A stretch of DNA of 64,000 nucleotides from Verrucomicrobiia bacterium. GTDB taxonomy: Bacteria > Verrucomicrobiota > Verrucomicrobiia > Opitutales > Cerasicoccaceae. The notes below the pieces were generated by a model. The model was given only the letters and a program-made list of their open reading frames with translations. It did no database searches and was not told the DNA's origin. Below are positions 1 to 9,885 of this stretch, piece by piece; positions within the stretch are counted from its first letter, which is position 1; each line of letters begins with the position of its first letter. The stretch is from NCBI GenBank assembly GCA_030425485.1, contig JAUIAM010000014.1:1810-65809 (forward strand), given 5' to 3'. The position numbers were made by a program, and so were the translations under genes.

Positions 1-486
1 TTACTGATCGCCATGACGATCAGTATTCTGGTCATGGGGGGTGTGTTATCCTCCTTTCTGGCCATCGGGCGCGGCATGCAGGTGGCCATGGCCCACAGCG
101 AACAGTCATCCAAGCTGAATTACGCCGTGGCCCGTGTTTCCCGCACATTGAGGCCCTTGAGCGATGTGCATCAGGCGACGGATCAGGTCTTTGAGTTTAG
201 CACGAGCGACATGAAAGGGAACTCCGAGCGCGTCCGGCTCTACTATGATGCCGACACCAAGGAGTTGATCGAGCGCTCGCTGAACGATGGTACGGACCTG
301 GTCATCCTGGAGGGGGTTGAGTCATTAAAATTCCGCTACTTCGATCGTCATGGTGATGCCACGGGCACGCTCATTGACATGAACGCAGTCCAACTGGAGC
401 TGGAAACACTGCGGACGGAAACAACTGGCTCTAAGTCGGTAAAAACTGAAACAGCAATCTACACCTTTCGCAATAAATTACTATGA
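1..486 (+). CDS. Pseudopilin-like protein (GspJ/PulJ type); 5' end lies upstream of the window
   Basis: Frame 1 is open from nt 1 (LLIAMTISILVMGG...). This reads like the hydrophobic helix that directly follows a prepilin N-terminal cleavage/methylation motif. Stop TGA 484-486 overlaps ATG 483 of the next gene (ATGA coupling). Confidence 0.55.
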   Translation, partial: LLIAMTISILVMGGVLSSFLAIGRGMQVAMAHSEQSSKLNYAVARVSRTLRPLSDVHQATDQVFEFSTSDMKGNSERVRLYYDADTKELIERSLNDGTDLVILEGVESLKFRYFDRHGDATGTLIDMNAVQLELETLRTETTGSKSVKTETAIYTFRNKLL

Positions 487-1880
487 CAGCAAGTAACAGA
501 CAGGGCTCGGTCATCGCGGTAGCGCTCATCCTGGCCACGGTCTCCCTCCTGGGGATCACCTACCTGCTCAATGCGTTGTTGCAGACACATGAGACGACTA
601 TCCGCTACGGCGTGAGTCAGTCTGCCTTTCACCTGGCCGAGGGCGGGGTAGAGCTGGCCATGAATGCGCTGGTCGCAGGTGAGATGAGCGGCGGAGCCTG
701 GACGAGCACAGCCCAGAATACCTGGGTCTATGATTATCAGAACGGAACACTGGGGCAGTACAAGACCACGAGCAAAATAGAGGTTGAAGGAGTGGGCGGT
801 GACAAGTACCGGATCACTTCACTGGCCACGGTCCATGTGGCGGGCGAGCCCGTAAGCCGGGCCGTTGTGCTGGAGGTGGAACAGGAGCGTACCGATGCGC
901 AGGTGGAGGAGAATACCGGCTCGGGCGTCTTTGGTTACGGCATGGTTGCCCGGGACTCGATCCGACTGAACCACAATAACCCCGGGATGAAGGTTGCCAG
1001 CTATAACAGCGACGTAAACTACGGCGTGCCGGTCTTTGGCGTGAACACCGGACGCTTGGTTACCATTGCCACGCCCTCGATGAACAACGGTGCGATCAAC
1101 ATCAACAACGCCACCATTCATGGCTCGATCCGGACCGGTGGCGGCTCGGTTAACTACAGCAATCAGCATCAGCACAATCCTTCGCAGAATGCGACGGTCA
1201 TCGGAGAGGACTCCGCTCAGAGCTACGGCGTGGACCTGAACTATATTTCCACCGATTTTGACGGCGAGATACCCAACCCCGAGCTGCCGAGTTCCGATGG
1301 CTACAGCAAGGTGACATATGACCAGAACTACTGGCAAAATAACCGTGAGATCACCATCGGCTCAGCTGTGCAGCCGACCTGGGTCGATACCGAGCGTATC
1401 AACACGAACCAGAACGCCAAGATGACCATCATCGGGGATGTGATCATCGACGCGCAGCGCAACCTGAACCTGGGCGGAGAGATTGACATCCAGCCCGGAG
1501 CCAGCCTGACCATCATGGCGGGGGAGAACATCCACATCAACGCCGACTATATTGACCAGCAGTACCCTTCGCAATTCCAGGTGATCGCCAAGAGCAACCG
1601 CGATGTTGTGCTGAATAATTTCGATGTGTTCTCGGGCATTATCAATGCGCCGAACTCGACTGTCCGTCTGGCAGGGGTGGGAGGCACGCCCAAGGCACAG
1701 TTTCGCGGCGCGGTGGTTGCCCGCCAGATTGAATCCACCAATGGCGTGGAGTTTTACTATGACGTCAAGCTGGGAGACGGAGGCACCGGCGATGCTGATA
1801 ACAATGCGGGTGGCGGGGATGCCGTCGGGTCACTCAAAGTCTTGAGCTGGTCAGAGGTCGCCCCGAGCGAAGTGCAGTAG
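483..1880 (+). CDS. PilX/GspK-like minor pseudopilin or pilus-assembly protein
   Basis: N-terminus RQGSVIAVALILATVSLLGITYL resembles the PilX-N/GspK signal-anchor. The C-terminal region is long and Asn/Gly-rich. The gene is translationally coupled to the preceding pseudopilin gene. Confidence 0.5.
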   Translation: MTASNRQGSVIAVALILATVSLLGITYLLNALLQTHETTIRYGVSQSAFHLAEGGVELAMNALVAGEMSGGAWTSTAQNTWVYDYQNGTLGQYKTTSKIEVEGVGGDKYRITSLATVHVAGEPVSRAVVLEVEQERTDAQVEENTGSGVFGYGMVARDSIRLNHNNPGMKVASYNSDVNYGVPVFGVNTGRLVTIATPSMNNGAININNATIHGSIRTGGGSVNYSNQHQHNPSQNATVIGEDSAQSYGVDLNYISTDFDGEIPNPELPSSDGYSKVTYDQNYWQNNREITIGSAVQPTWVDTERINTNQNAKMTIIGDVIIDAQRNLNLGGEIDIQPGASLTIMAGENIHINADYIDQQYPSQFQVIAKSNRDVVLNNFDVFSGIINAPNSTVRLAGVGGTPKAQFRGAVVARQIESTNGVEFYYDVKLGDGGTGDADNNAGGGDAVGSLKVLSWSEVAPSEVQ

Positions 1881-2021
1881 CGCCGTAGTCAGGTGCTGGC
1901 CGGGGGGACAGTTGCGTGCGTCCACGAGCCTTATTTTTGCTGCCATGGGATGAGAAATGTCCTAAGGACGTTAATCTAAACTTAATCCATGCTCGGCTAT
2001 AAGTGGGGCATGCCTGTTGAT

Positions 2022-2684
2022 ATGTCGGCGAAAATACTGGTGATCGAAGATGATCTGGATGTCCGTGTGAGCCTGGTTCAGCTTTTGCAAGAGGAGGGGT
2101 TCACAGTCGATGCCGTGGCGACTGGGCCGGAGGGGCTGTACCGCGCACGCGAGTGGGAGTACGACCTGATCCTGCTGGACTTAATGCTGCCCGAGCTCGA
2201 TGGTTGGGGCGTGTTGACAAAACTCAGGCAGCAAAAGGCGACTCCGGTCCTCATGCTGACTGCCCGGGGAGAAGTCGATGACCGGGTAAAGGGCTTGAAC
2301 GAAGGAGCGGACGATTACTTGATTAAACCCTATAACGAGCGCGAGCTGCTGGCGCGTATCCGGGCCTTGCTGCGGCGTTCGCGAGGACTCAGTGACGATA
2401 CGATTGCGCTGGGGCGCGTACGGGTGGACCTGGCCGCTCAATGCGTGTATCAGGATAGCGAGCCGGTGTCGCTGACCGCGTCGCAGTACAAGATCGTGGC
2501 CTACATGGCGTGTCGGGCGGGGAAGGTCGTTACCCGCACCGAGCTGAGCGAGGAAGTGAGCGGAGACAGCGACGACACGATGTCAAACGTCATCGATGTG
2601 CAGGTGCATCACATCCGCCGCCAGTTGGGGAAAGACTTTTTGCAGAACAGGCGTGGTCTGGGCTACATTATCCCCAAACCATAG
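2022..2684 (+). CDS. OmpR-family response regulator (receiver + winged-helix)
   Basis: KILVIEDD...DLILLDLMLPELDG receiver motifs and a C-terminal winged-helix region (RTELSEEV...VIDVQVHHIRRQLG...RGLGY). ATG 2022 (MSAKILVIEDD) is preferred over the ORF-track start at 1989. Confidence 0.85.
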   Translation: MSAKILVIEDDLDVRVSLVQLLQEEGFTVDAVATGPEGLYRAREWEYDLILLDLMLPELDGWGVLTKLRQQKATPVLMLTARGEVDDRVKGLNEGADDYLIKPYNERELLARIRALLRRSRGLSDDTIALGRVRVDLAAQCVYQDSEPVSLTASQYKIVAYMACRAGKVVTRTELSEEVSGDSDDTMSNVIDVQVHHIRRQLGKDFLQNRRGLGYIIPKP

Positions 2685-2690
2685 GCAAGT

Positions 2691-4157
2691 ATGCAGCTTT
2701 CGCTTAAATGGCAGATCCAGCTCTGGTACGCACTGATCCTTGTCGTGGTGCTGGCCACGCTGGGGACGGGCTTCTACTACTATGAGAAGTCTCGCCGCCT
2801 GTCTGTGCTGGATAATGACCTGGATGTGCAGGTGCCGCCCTTGTTGTCTCCCCACCGCCTGTTTCCCAACCAGCGACAAACGGACAGGCCCCCGCGCCCA
2901 AGAGCGCCGGAGAATCTGCCCCCGCGAGAATTAGAGGGTTGGGAGCGTACGGACGACCCCATCGCCTCGGCCATGCGCCATCCGTCCCAGCGTAAAGACG
3001 GCAGCACCTACTTTGAGCGCTACTACGTGCCGCGGGGCTATTACGCGCGTGTCATTGATAAGGGTACGGGGGAATTGGTCTACACGACGGAGAACTTCCC
3101 GGCGGTAGAGGTCCCCGCTGGCCATTTCGATGGCTATCACTATCGAACGCGCGAGCAACTCTATCGCGAAATATTCCACTCAAACCCCCGGTACAACATC
3201 ATCGTGGGGATGGACTTAAGCAATTTTCAGGACGGGTTGTTTATCCTGCGTTGGCAGATATCCGGGGCACTTTTTGCCCTCTTTCTTATGGCGCTGGGCA
3301 TTGGCTACATCATGGTCTCACGCGCGCTGAGGCCCTTGGTAAAAATCGAGCAGACCGCCATGCGCATCGCCGAGGGCAAGCTGGGTGAGCGGATACCGGA
3401 ATCGCAGGTCGGGAGTACGCGTGAGTTTGTTCAACTCTCGGATCACCTGAACGAAACCTTTAGCAAGCTGGAGTCGCTCTTTAGCCGCCAGACGCGCTTC
3501 ACCGCCGACGCTTCCCATGAGTTACGCACGCCTCTGACGGCTCTCATCGCACAGCTTGAGCTGGGGAGCAAGCGGAGCCGTAGCCCGGAGGAGTACGAGC
3601 GCATCCTGGCCGTGTGCATGCGCTCAACAATGCGCATCGCCCGCATCACCGAGCAACTGATTGAGCTCTCGCGCTACGACTCGGGCCGTATAACGCTTGA
3701 GCTGACCAGCCTGCCGCTGGCCGGAATGCTGCGTGGCTTGACGGAAGAGCTGGAGGCTGCGGTGACGGCTCAGGGGAGCAGACTGCGGCTGGAGCTGTCC
3801 GATGGTCTGGTGCGCTGCGACCCCTTCCGCATCGAGCAAGTCATCACCAACCTCGTGAACAATGCGGTGCAGCACAACACGCGCCCCATCACGATCTGGC
3901 TGCGGGGCAGGGGCGAGTCCGGACGGGTGTTGATCGAGGTGGCCGATGACGGCAAGGGCATCCAGCCCGAGAACGTGACCAAGCTCTTTGATCGCTTTTA
4001 CCAGGAGGAGAGCTCGCACACGAAGGTGGCCAACCGGGAAAACGTCGGTCTTGGCCTCTCCATTTCCCAGGCGATTGTGGAAGCCCACGGTGGGAGTATT
4101 ACCGTAAAAAGTACGCCCGAGATAGAGACGGTCTTTACGGTAGAGCTGCCCCAGTAG
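2691..4157 (+). CDS. Sensor histidine kinase (TM-periplasmic-TM, HAMP, HisKA, HATPase_c)
   Basis: H-box FTADASHELRTPL, N-box NLVNNAVQH and G-boxes DDGKGI / GLGLSI. Two hydrophobic segments are present. It starts 6 nt after the response regulator stop. Confidence 0.85.
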   Translation: MQLSLKWQIQLWYALILVVVLATLGTGFYYYEKSRRLSVLDNDLDVQVPPLLSPHRLFPNQRQTDRPPRPRAPENLPPRELEGWERTDDPIASAMRHPSQRKDGSTYFERYYVPRGYYARVIDKGTGELVYTTENFPAVEVPAGHFDGYHYRTREQLYREIFHSNPRYNIIVGMDLSNFQDGLFILRWQISGALFALFLMALGIGYIMVSRALRPLVKIEQTAMRIAEGKLGERIPESQVGSTREFVQLSDHLNETFSKLESLFSRQTRFTADASHELRTPLTALIAQLELGSKRSRSPEEYERILAVCMRSTMRIARITEQLIELSRYDSGRITLELTSLPLAGMLRGLTEELEAAVTAQGSRLRLELSDGLVRCDPFRIEQVITNLVNNAVQHNTRPITIWLRGRGESGRVLIEVADDGKGIQPENVTKLFDRFYQEESSHTKVANRENVGLGLSISQAIVEAHGGSITVKSTPEIETVFTVELPQ

Positions 4158-4177
4158 GGCTGGCTGTGCGCGGGAGA

Positions 4178-4726
4178 CTACTTCCCGTCGCGGTGGCCGT
4201 TTCCGTCGAGTCCCTTGAGGTGTACGACTTCGGAGAGGTCCGCCGAGATAGAGTAGGCGCGGCCAAAGCCTACCACGAGGCGGCCTTCTTCCGGTGCGAG
4301 GCGCATGAGGTGGAAGTCGTCCATCGCCTTGAGGTGCTCAACGACACGGCCAAACTTTTCCTCGAAGCGCCCGAGAATGCTTTCCCAATGCTCGCTGCCG
4401 CGCTCAACTTCGCTCACGCTGGCGCGGAAAGAAACGCGCTTGCGGGCAAAAATCTGAGCGGCGGTGCCTTCGTCTTCGATGATCATGATGGCGGCCTTGC
4501 CAGTCTTCATCATGTTACCGGTGTGGTGGGCGATCTCGCTGACGAAAATGTAGAAGTTGCGCTCGTCATCCATAACGGCAGGCGAGTAGCTGGCCGTGGG
4601 TTCACCTTCGGCGCTGACGGTGGAAAGCTGGATGCTCTGGAATCCGTTCAGGAGCTCCAGGTACTGCTGCTGGATCTTGTCCTCGTTGCTGGCTTTCGGT
4701 GCGGGGGAGGTTGCTGCTTGTGTCAT
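4178..4726 (-). CDS. hutZ: Heme-utilisation protein HutZ/HugZ family (pyridoxamine-5'-phosphate-oxidase-like split barrel)
   Basis: The translation carries IMIIEDEGTAAQIFARKRVSFRA...VERGSEHW...FGRVVEHLKAMDDFHLMRLAPEEGRLVVGFGRAY. From memory this lines up closely with Vibrio HutZ. Confidence 0.7.
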   Translation of the reverse strand: MTQAATSPAPKASNEDKIQQQYLELLNGFQSIQLSTVSAEGEPTASYSPAVMDDERNFYIFVSEIAHHTGNMMKTGKAAIMIIEDEGTAAQIFARKRVSFRASVSEVERGSEHWESILGRFEEKFGRVVEHLKAMDDFHLMRLAPEEGRLVVGFGRAYSISADLSEVVHLKGLDGNGHRDGK

Positions 4727-4734
4727 GGTTGTTG

Positions 4735-4753
4735 TGTAATGATTAAGATTTTA
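4735..4753 (-). promoter_or_regulatory. Fur-box-like AT-rich site immediately upstream of hutZ
   Basis: The minus-strand reading TAAAATCTTAATCATTACA matches 13 of 19 positions of the classical Fur box GATAATGATAATCATTATC. It lies 9-27 nt upstream of the hutZ ATG (4726). Confidence 0.3.
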
Positions 4754-4898
4754 AGTGTGCGTCAGCGATCAGAGCTTGCTGGCTATAGCGGGCGTGTTCG
4801 CGCCATGCCGAAATGCGTCTCAAGCTAAATAGCAGGCAGTAAGAACGTCATGCATGGCGGGCGTTCGTCAATAGTAAACCGCTCTGTGTATTTGTAAT

Positions 4899-7394
4899 AT
4901 GCCATTCGATTTCGGGTTGAAACCGTGCTTTGGCTTCGCAAACATGAGCGTATTGGAACAGGGTAGTATCATACGGGATTTGACGATTGTCGTCATGTGC
5001 GCTGCCGCCGTCACGGTGGTGTTTAACCGACTGCGTCTGCCGGTCATCTTGGGCTATCTGCTCTCCGGGGTGCTGCTGGGGCCGCATTTGCCCGGGCTGC
5101 CGACGGTGTCGGCGGGCTCTTCGATCAAGGAGCTCAGCCAGTTGGGGATCGTTTTTCTGATGTTCTTTATCGGGATGGAGTTCGACCTGAAGCGCCTGCA
5201 GAAAGTGTTCTGGCCGGCCTTTATCGCGGCGGTGCTCCAGTCGATCATCGCGTTTTTCATCGGTACGCTTAGCGCGCCGCTGCTGGGCTATACGACGCTG
5301 GAGGGGATTTTTCTCGGCGGCATCCTAACCAATAGCGCGTCCATGCTGTGCATCAAGCTGCTCAAGGATCAGGGACGGCTGAAGCAGGCCGACGCGCATA
5401 TGGCGGTGGGTATCCTGATCTTTGAGGACATTATCGCGATCATGCTGCTGGTTATTCTCAGCGGGGTGAGCGTCTCGCATCACTTTAACATCGATGCGGT
5501 CTACGAGGTGACGTTCCTGCTCGGGGTGTTTGTGGTGGGGGTGTATTTCCTCGGGCGCTTGCTGGCTCCTGCCCTGAGTCGCCTGCTCAAGCGGGCCAAC
5601 TCTCCCGAAATCATCACACTGGTCACGGTCGCGCTGGTGCTGGGGGTGGGTGAACTGGCCCAAATCTCGAAGTTTTCCATTTCGCTGGGGGCGTTTTTGG
5701 CCGGGGCGATCATGGCCAACACCCAGGCTGTAAACGAAATCCAGCGCATCACGGAGCCGTTCCGTGACCTCTTTTGTGCGGTGTTCTTCGTTACCATCGG
5801 TATGCTGATCGATCCGCGTTGGCTGGTGGAAAATGCGGCGCTGGTTATCTTTATCGCCATGCTGGTTGTGGCGGGCAAGCTCCTGACCTGTTGGCTGGGG
5901 TTGTTCGTTGGCGGGCAGAGTGCGGAGACGGGTTTCCGGGCCTCGCTATCCAAGGCCAGTGTGGGGGAGTTTGGTTTCATCATCGCCGCGCTCTGGCAGG
6001 CTTCCAATCCCGACGGTGCCAACCTGGCCAGCATGACGGTTGGGCTGGCGCTGGTGACGTATCTGGCGCTGCCAGTGCTCAACTACAACCCGGGCCGTAC
6101 CTTCCAATGGCTGGCGGACAAGACACCCGAGAAGGTCAAGGCCGCCGGGCGCATTTATGAAAAGATGCTCGATGCCATCGGGCGCAGGGTGGGGCGGATC
6201 ACCTTCTTCAAGCTCGCCCGCCGTCCGCTGCTCCAGATTACGTTTTATTTCATCCTGCTCAACGGTCTGCTCATCCTGGCCTACATCGGCACGCGCTACT
6301 TTGACAGCCTGCCTTCGCTGGATGACTACCAGACCTGGGTGCATGTTGGCGTCTGGCTAGTGGGGGCCGCGCTGTGTCTGCCGTTTCTCTCGGCAATCAT
6401 TCGCAACCTCGACGTACTCATCCACCTGGTCACGGGCACGGTGTTCCAGAGCAGCCGCAACCCGCAACTGCTTAGCGGGCGTATGGCCAACCTCTTTCAC
6501 ACACTGATGCTTTCGCTGGTCATCATCCTCTTTGGTGGTCTGTACCTGACGGCGGCCTCGCCCTTTTTTCCGCAGGGGGTAACGCTGGGACTCTTTATCG
6601 TGGCTGGCTGCGTGGCGCTGGTCATTTTCTGGAAGTCGATCATCAATATCAACAGTCGCATGGAGTACCTCTTCATGCAGAGCTTCCAGCAGCAAACCGA
6701 GGAAAACGAGGAGCAACTGCGCCAGGCCACCCTGCGCGAACTCGCCCACAAGCACGCCTGGGACATGGAGGTCGAGTCGGTCATGATTACGGCGGATTCC
6801 ATCGCCTGTGGAAAGCTGCTTCACGAGCTGCGCCTGCGGGAAAAGACCGGGGCGTCGATTGTGGCTATCGGACGAGGGGCTAACACCCACTACGATCCCT
6901 CACCCGAGGTGCCCGTTTTTGCAGGAGACAGCATTACCCTGATGGGCTCGCAGAAACAGCTCAACAATGCCAGCCGCACACTCCAGACCAAGGCCCCGAC
7001 TGCCGCGCACGAGACGCAGGAGTTTGTCGTGGATAAGCTTTTTGTGCGGCAGGGTTCCTTCATTGAGGGACAGACGATGGCGGGCTCCAATCTGCGGCGT
7101 GATTACCATGTCAGCGTGCTGGGCATCCAGCGCGGCAAGCGTCGCATCGCCCCGCCGCCGGTGGACGAGATCATCCACGTCGGGGACGTCTTGCTCGTGG
7201 TCGGCACGCGCGAAGCCATCTCCCGACTCGAAGAGCAGATGCGCCCCCTAGTCGAGCCGCTGGGCCCGGAGCCAGAACCGGAGGCCGATGGCGATGAGCA
7301 ATTATTCCTCAGCGAAGTAGACCAGAGCGCGGATGAACCTGAGCCCAAAGACGAGGATGCGCCTTCGTCCGATGAACCGGAAAAGGACAAATAG
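4899..7394 (+). CDS. Kef-type (CPA2) cation:proton antiporter with two C-terminal RCK_C/TrkA-C domains
   Basis: About 12 TM segments with Na+/H+-exchanger-like motifs (GPHLPGL, GMEFDL, LGAFLAGA). Two TrkA-C-like repeats follow (...GKLLHELRLREKTGASIVAIGRG... and ...GQTMAGSNLRRDYHVSVLGIQRG...). The tail is acidic. Confidence 0.8.
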   Translation: MPFDFGLKPCFGFANMSVLEQGSIIRDLTIVVMCAAAVTVVFNRLRLPVILGYLLSGVLLGPHLPGLPTVSAGSSIKELSQLGIVFLMFFIGMEFDLKRLQKVFWPAFIAAVLQSIIAFFIGTLSAPLLGYTTLEGIFLGGILTNSASMLCIKLLKDQGRLKQADAHMAVGILIFEDIIAIMLLVILSGVSVSHHFNIDAVYEVTFLLGVFVVGVYFLGRLLAPALSRLLKRANSPEIITLVTVALVLGVGELAQISKFSISLGAFLAGAIMANTQAVNEIQRITEPFRDLFCAVFFVTIGMLIDPRWLVENAALVIFIAMLVVAGKLLTCWLGLFVGGQSAETGFRASLSKASVGEFGFIIAALWQASNPDGANLASMTVGLALVTYLALPVLNYNPGRTFQWLADKTPEKVKAAGRIYEKMLDAIGRRVGRITFFKLARRPLLQITFYFILLNGLLILAYIGTRYFDSLPSLDDYQTWVHVGVWLVGAALCLPFLSAIIRNLDVLIHLVTGTVFQSSRNPQLLSGRMANLFHTLMLSLVIILFGGLYLTAASPFFPQGVTLGLFIVAGCVALVIFWKSIININSRMEYLFMQSFQQQTEENEEQLRQATLRELAHKHAWDMEVESVMITADSIACGKLLHELRLREKTGASIVAIGRGANTHYDPSPEVPVFAGDSITLMGSQKQLNNASRTLQTKAPTAAHETQEFVVDKLFVRQGSFIEGQTMAGSNLRRDYHVSVLGIQRGKRRIAPPPVDEIIHVGDVLLVVGTREAISRLEEQMRPLVEPLGPEPEPEADGDEQLFLSEVDQSADEPEPKDEDAPSSDEPEKDK

Positions 7395-7444
7395 CACCGC
7401 TATCGACAGGTGAGCTTACGGGGCACTTTAGCAAAACTGATGGA

Positions 7445-7475
7445 TTGTTAAGGAAATTGCTTTTGGGCTTAACAA
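7445..7475. promoter_or_regulatory. Candidate BirA operator (bioO): TTGTTAAG-N15-CTTAACAA
   Basis: Perfect 8-bp inverted repeat (7445-7452 / 7468-7475) with a 15-nt spacer, ending 30 nt upstream of the bioA ATG (7506). The geometry matches the TGTWAAC-N14-16-GTTWACA type of BirA sites. Confidence 0.5.
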
Positions 7476-7505
7476 TTGCCGCCTGGTGCGCATGCTAAGG
7501 GGTTT

Positions 7506-8852
7506 ATGCTCGCGGCAACGGAGAAATCAACAGCTCAGGTGGACGGCCTCGACACGGCCCACTCCTGGCATCCGTTTACCCAGATGCAGGAGCATCTGGC
7601 GCACCCCCGGCTCCATATCGCGCGGGGTGAAGGCTGCTGGCTCTACGATACGGAGGGCAAGCGCTACCTCGACGGGAACGCCTCGATCTGGACCAATGTC
7701 CACGGCCACAACGACCCCGAGCTCAACGCAGCGCTGACCGACCAGCTCGGCAAGATCGCACACTCGACCATGCTCGGGCTGAGCCACCCCATGGGCAGTG
7801 AGCTCGCCGCCGCCCTCTGCGGTATTTCCCCGGATAACCTGAGCCGCGTCTACTACAGCGACAACGGCTCCAACGCGGTCGAGATCGCGCTCAAACTTTC
7901 CTTTCAGTACTGGCAGCTCACGGGCAAGTCGGAGAAGACGGGCGTCATCGCCCTGACCGACGCCTACCACGGCGACACCTTTGGGACGATGGCCGTGGGC
8001 GACAGTGGTGTATTTCACGACCGTTTCAGCCACTGGACTTTTCCGGTGGAGCACGTTGTCAGCCCCACCTGCGAGGAGGCCGGTGGCATAGTCGGTGAAG
8101 AAGTCATGGCGGCCAGCCTGATGCAGCTCGATGAGTTGCTGGAGCTCCGCGCGGCCAACACGGCCTGCCTCATCATGGAGCCTTGGATACAGGGCGCAGC
8201 CGGCATGCGTTTGCAGCCTCGGGGCTTCCTGCGCGAAGTGGCCGAGCGTTGTCGCAAGCACCATGTCCACCTGATCGTGGACGAGGTTTTTAGCGGCTTC
8301 GGCCGTGTCGGCCCGCTGCTGGTCTGTAAAGAGGAGGGTGTCGAACCGGACTTTCTCTGTCTGGCCAAAGGCTTGACTGCGGGCTACCTGCCACTGGCGG
8401 CCACCTTGACGACGGAGCCGATCTTCGAGGCCTTTCTGGGTGGCTTCGAGGAGTACAAAGCCTTTTACCACGGCCATACCTTTACTGGAAATCCGCTCGC
8501 TGCTGCCGTTGCGCTAAAGAGCCTGCAAAAGCTCCAAGCCCGCATTGCCTCGGGTGAGCATGCCGCGACCATCGCTGCCTTCGAGCAGGCGGTGGCTGAG
8601 TACGCCGTGGGCTCGCCGCTGTTCCCCGTCGTGCGCCAGCGCGGACTGGCCGCAGCCCTTGAGCTGCCTGAGCACCCCGTGGCTGAACGCACGGGCCTGC
8701 AAGTTTCACTCGAAGCGCGCAAGCACGGGCTGATCACACGTGCGCTGGGGGACAGCCTGCTCGTGGTGCCCCCGCTGGTGATTTCGCCTGACGAGATCGC
8801 ATACCTTTTTCAGCAACTGACTCGCGCGACTGAAGTCGTGCTCAATTCATGA
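7506..8852 (+). CDS. bioA: Adenosylmethionine-8-amino-7-oxononanoate aminotransferase
   Basis: HSWHPFTQM, class-III aminotransferase core and DEVFSGFGRVG. ATG 7506 is preferred because the ORF-track TTG 7476 abuts the palindrome. Confidence 0.9.
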   Translation: MLAATEKSTAQVDGLDTAHSWHPFTQMQEHLAHPRLHIARGEGCWLYDTEGKRYLDGNASIWTNVHGHNDPELNAALTDQLGKIAHSTMLGLSHPMGSELAAALCGISPDNLSRVYYSDNGSNAVEIALKLSFQYWQLTGKSEKTGVIALTDAYHGDTFGTMAVGDSGVFHDRFSHWTFPVEHVVSPTCEEAGGIVGEEVMAASLMQLDELLELRAANTACLIMEPWIQGAAGMRLQPRGFLREVAERCRKHHVHLIVDEVFSGFGRVGPLLVCKEEGVEPDFLCLAKGLTAGYLPLAATLTTEPIFEAFLGGFEEYKAFYHGHTFTGNPLAAAVALKSLQKLQARIASGEHAATIAAFEQAVAEYAVGSPLFPVVRQRGLAAALELPEHPVAERTGLQVSLEARKHGLITRALGDSLLVVPPLVISPDEIAYLFQQLTRATEVVLNS

Positions 8853-9883
8853 TATCTATGACGACCCTCGAAGAACTCAAAAGCATCTACGAACTTCCGC
8901 TGACCACGCTCATCATGCGCGCGCAGGAAGTCCACCACCGCCACCAGGACCCGGCAGGCGTCCAGCTGTGCACGCTCAAGTCGATCAAGACGGGCAAGTG
9001 CTCCGAGGACTGCAAGTACTGCCCGCAGTCGGCCCACAACGACACCGGTCTGGAGCCCGAGAAGCTGCTCGATACCGTGCGCGTGATGGTTGATGCGAAG
9101 AAGGCCAAGGAGAGCGGTGCGACGCGCTTTTGCATGGGCGCGGCCTGGCGCCGTGTCTACACCAACAGCCAGTTTAGCAACATCCTCGAAACGGTGACTG
9201 CGGTCAAGAAGCTCGACCTCGAAGTCTGCTGTACGCTGGGTATGCTCGACATCGAGCAGGCACGTCAGCTCAAGGAAGCCGGGTGCGATGTTTACAACCA
9301 CAACCTCGACACCTCGCGCGAATTTTACAGCAAGATTATTACCACCCGCACCTACGACGACCGCCTCGACACACTGAAGAACGTTCGCCAGGCCGGGATG
9401 GAAGTCTGCTCGGGCGGCATCCTGGGCATGGGTGAGTCGGTGGAAGACCGGCTCAAAATGCTGCTGGAGTTGGCCAATATGGACCCGCAACCGGACTCTG
9501 TACCGATCAACGCGCTGGTCGCCGTGAAGGGCACCCCGCTGGAGGGGCAGGAGTTTGTCGACAGCATCGAGTTCGTGCGCACCATCGCCACGGCCCGCAT
9601 CGCCATGCCGCGTGCCATGGTCCGCCTCTCCGCTGGCCGCAGCCAGATGTCGGACGAGATGCATGCCCTGTGCTACCTGGCCGGGGCCAACAGCATTTTC
9701 CTGGGGGATAAGCTGCTGACCACGGAAAACCCGCTGCAAAGCGACGACTTCAAGCTTCTCAACAAGCTCGGCCTGCATGATCTGCATCCGGACGCCGCGC
9801 GGGCCATCCATGCCAAGAGCGAAGCCGAGGAAGAAGAGGAAGCCTGCTGCGAATCGAAGCAGACTGTTACCGTGGCGCATTAA
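8849..9883 (+). CDS. bioB: Biotin synthase (radical SAM)
   Basis: CSEDCKYCPQS radical-SAM motif, YNHNLDTS and a BioB-like length. The start overlaps the bioA stop (ATGA). Confidence 0.95.
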   Translation: MISMTTLEELKSIYELPLTTLIMRAQEVHHRHQDPAGVQLCTLKSIKTGKCSEDCKYCPQSAHNDTGLEPEKLLDTVRVMVDAKKAKESGATRFCMGAAWRRVYTNSQFSNILETVTAVKKLDLEVCCTLGMLDIEQARQLKEAGCDVYNHNLDTSREFYSKIITTRTYDDRLDTLKNVRQAGMEVCSGGILGMGESVEDRLKMLLELANMDPQPDSVPINALVAVKGTPLEGQEFVDSIEFVRTIATARIAMPRAMVRLSAGRSQMSDEMHALCYLAGANSIFLGDKLLTTENPLQSDDFKLLNKLGLHDLHPDAARAIHAKSEAEEEEEACCESKQTVTVAH

Positions 9884-9885
9884 CC

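Noticed and set aside
8810-9880. 356-aa ORF antisense to bioB. Similar long antisense ORFs occur at 4166-4828, 7527-8477, 31119-32186, 37732-38985, 41627-42727, 44476-45543 and 49536-50912.
   Set aside because: Long stop-free antisense frames are expected at about 60% GC. In every case the opposite strand encodes a protein with unmistakable family motifs, and the antisense translations are Arg/Gly/Ala/His-rich with no recognisable motifs.
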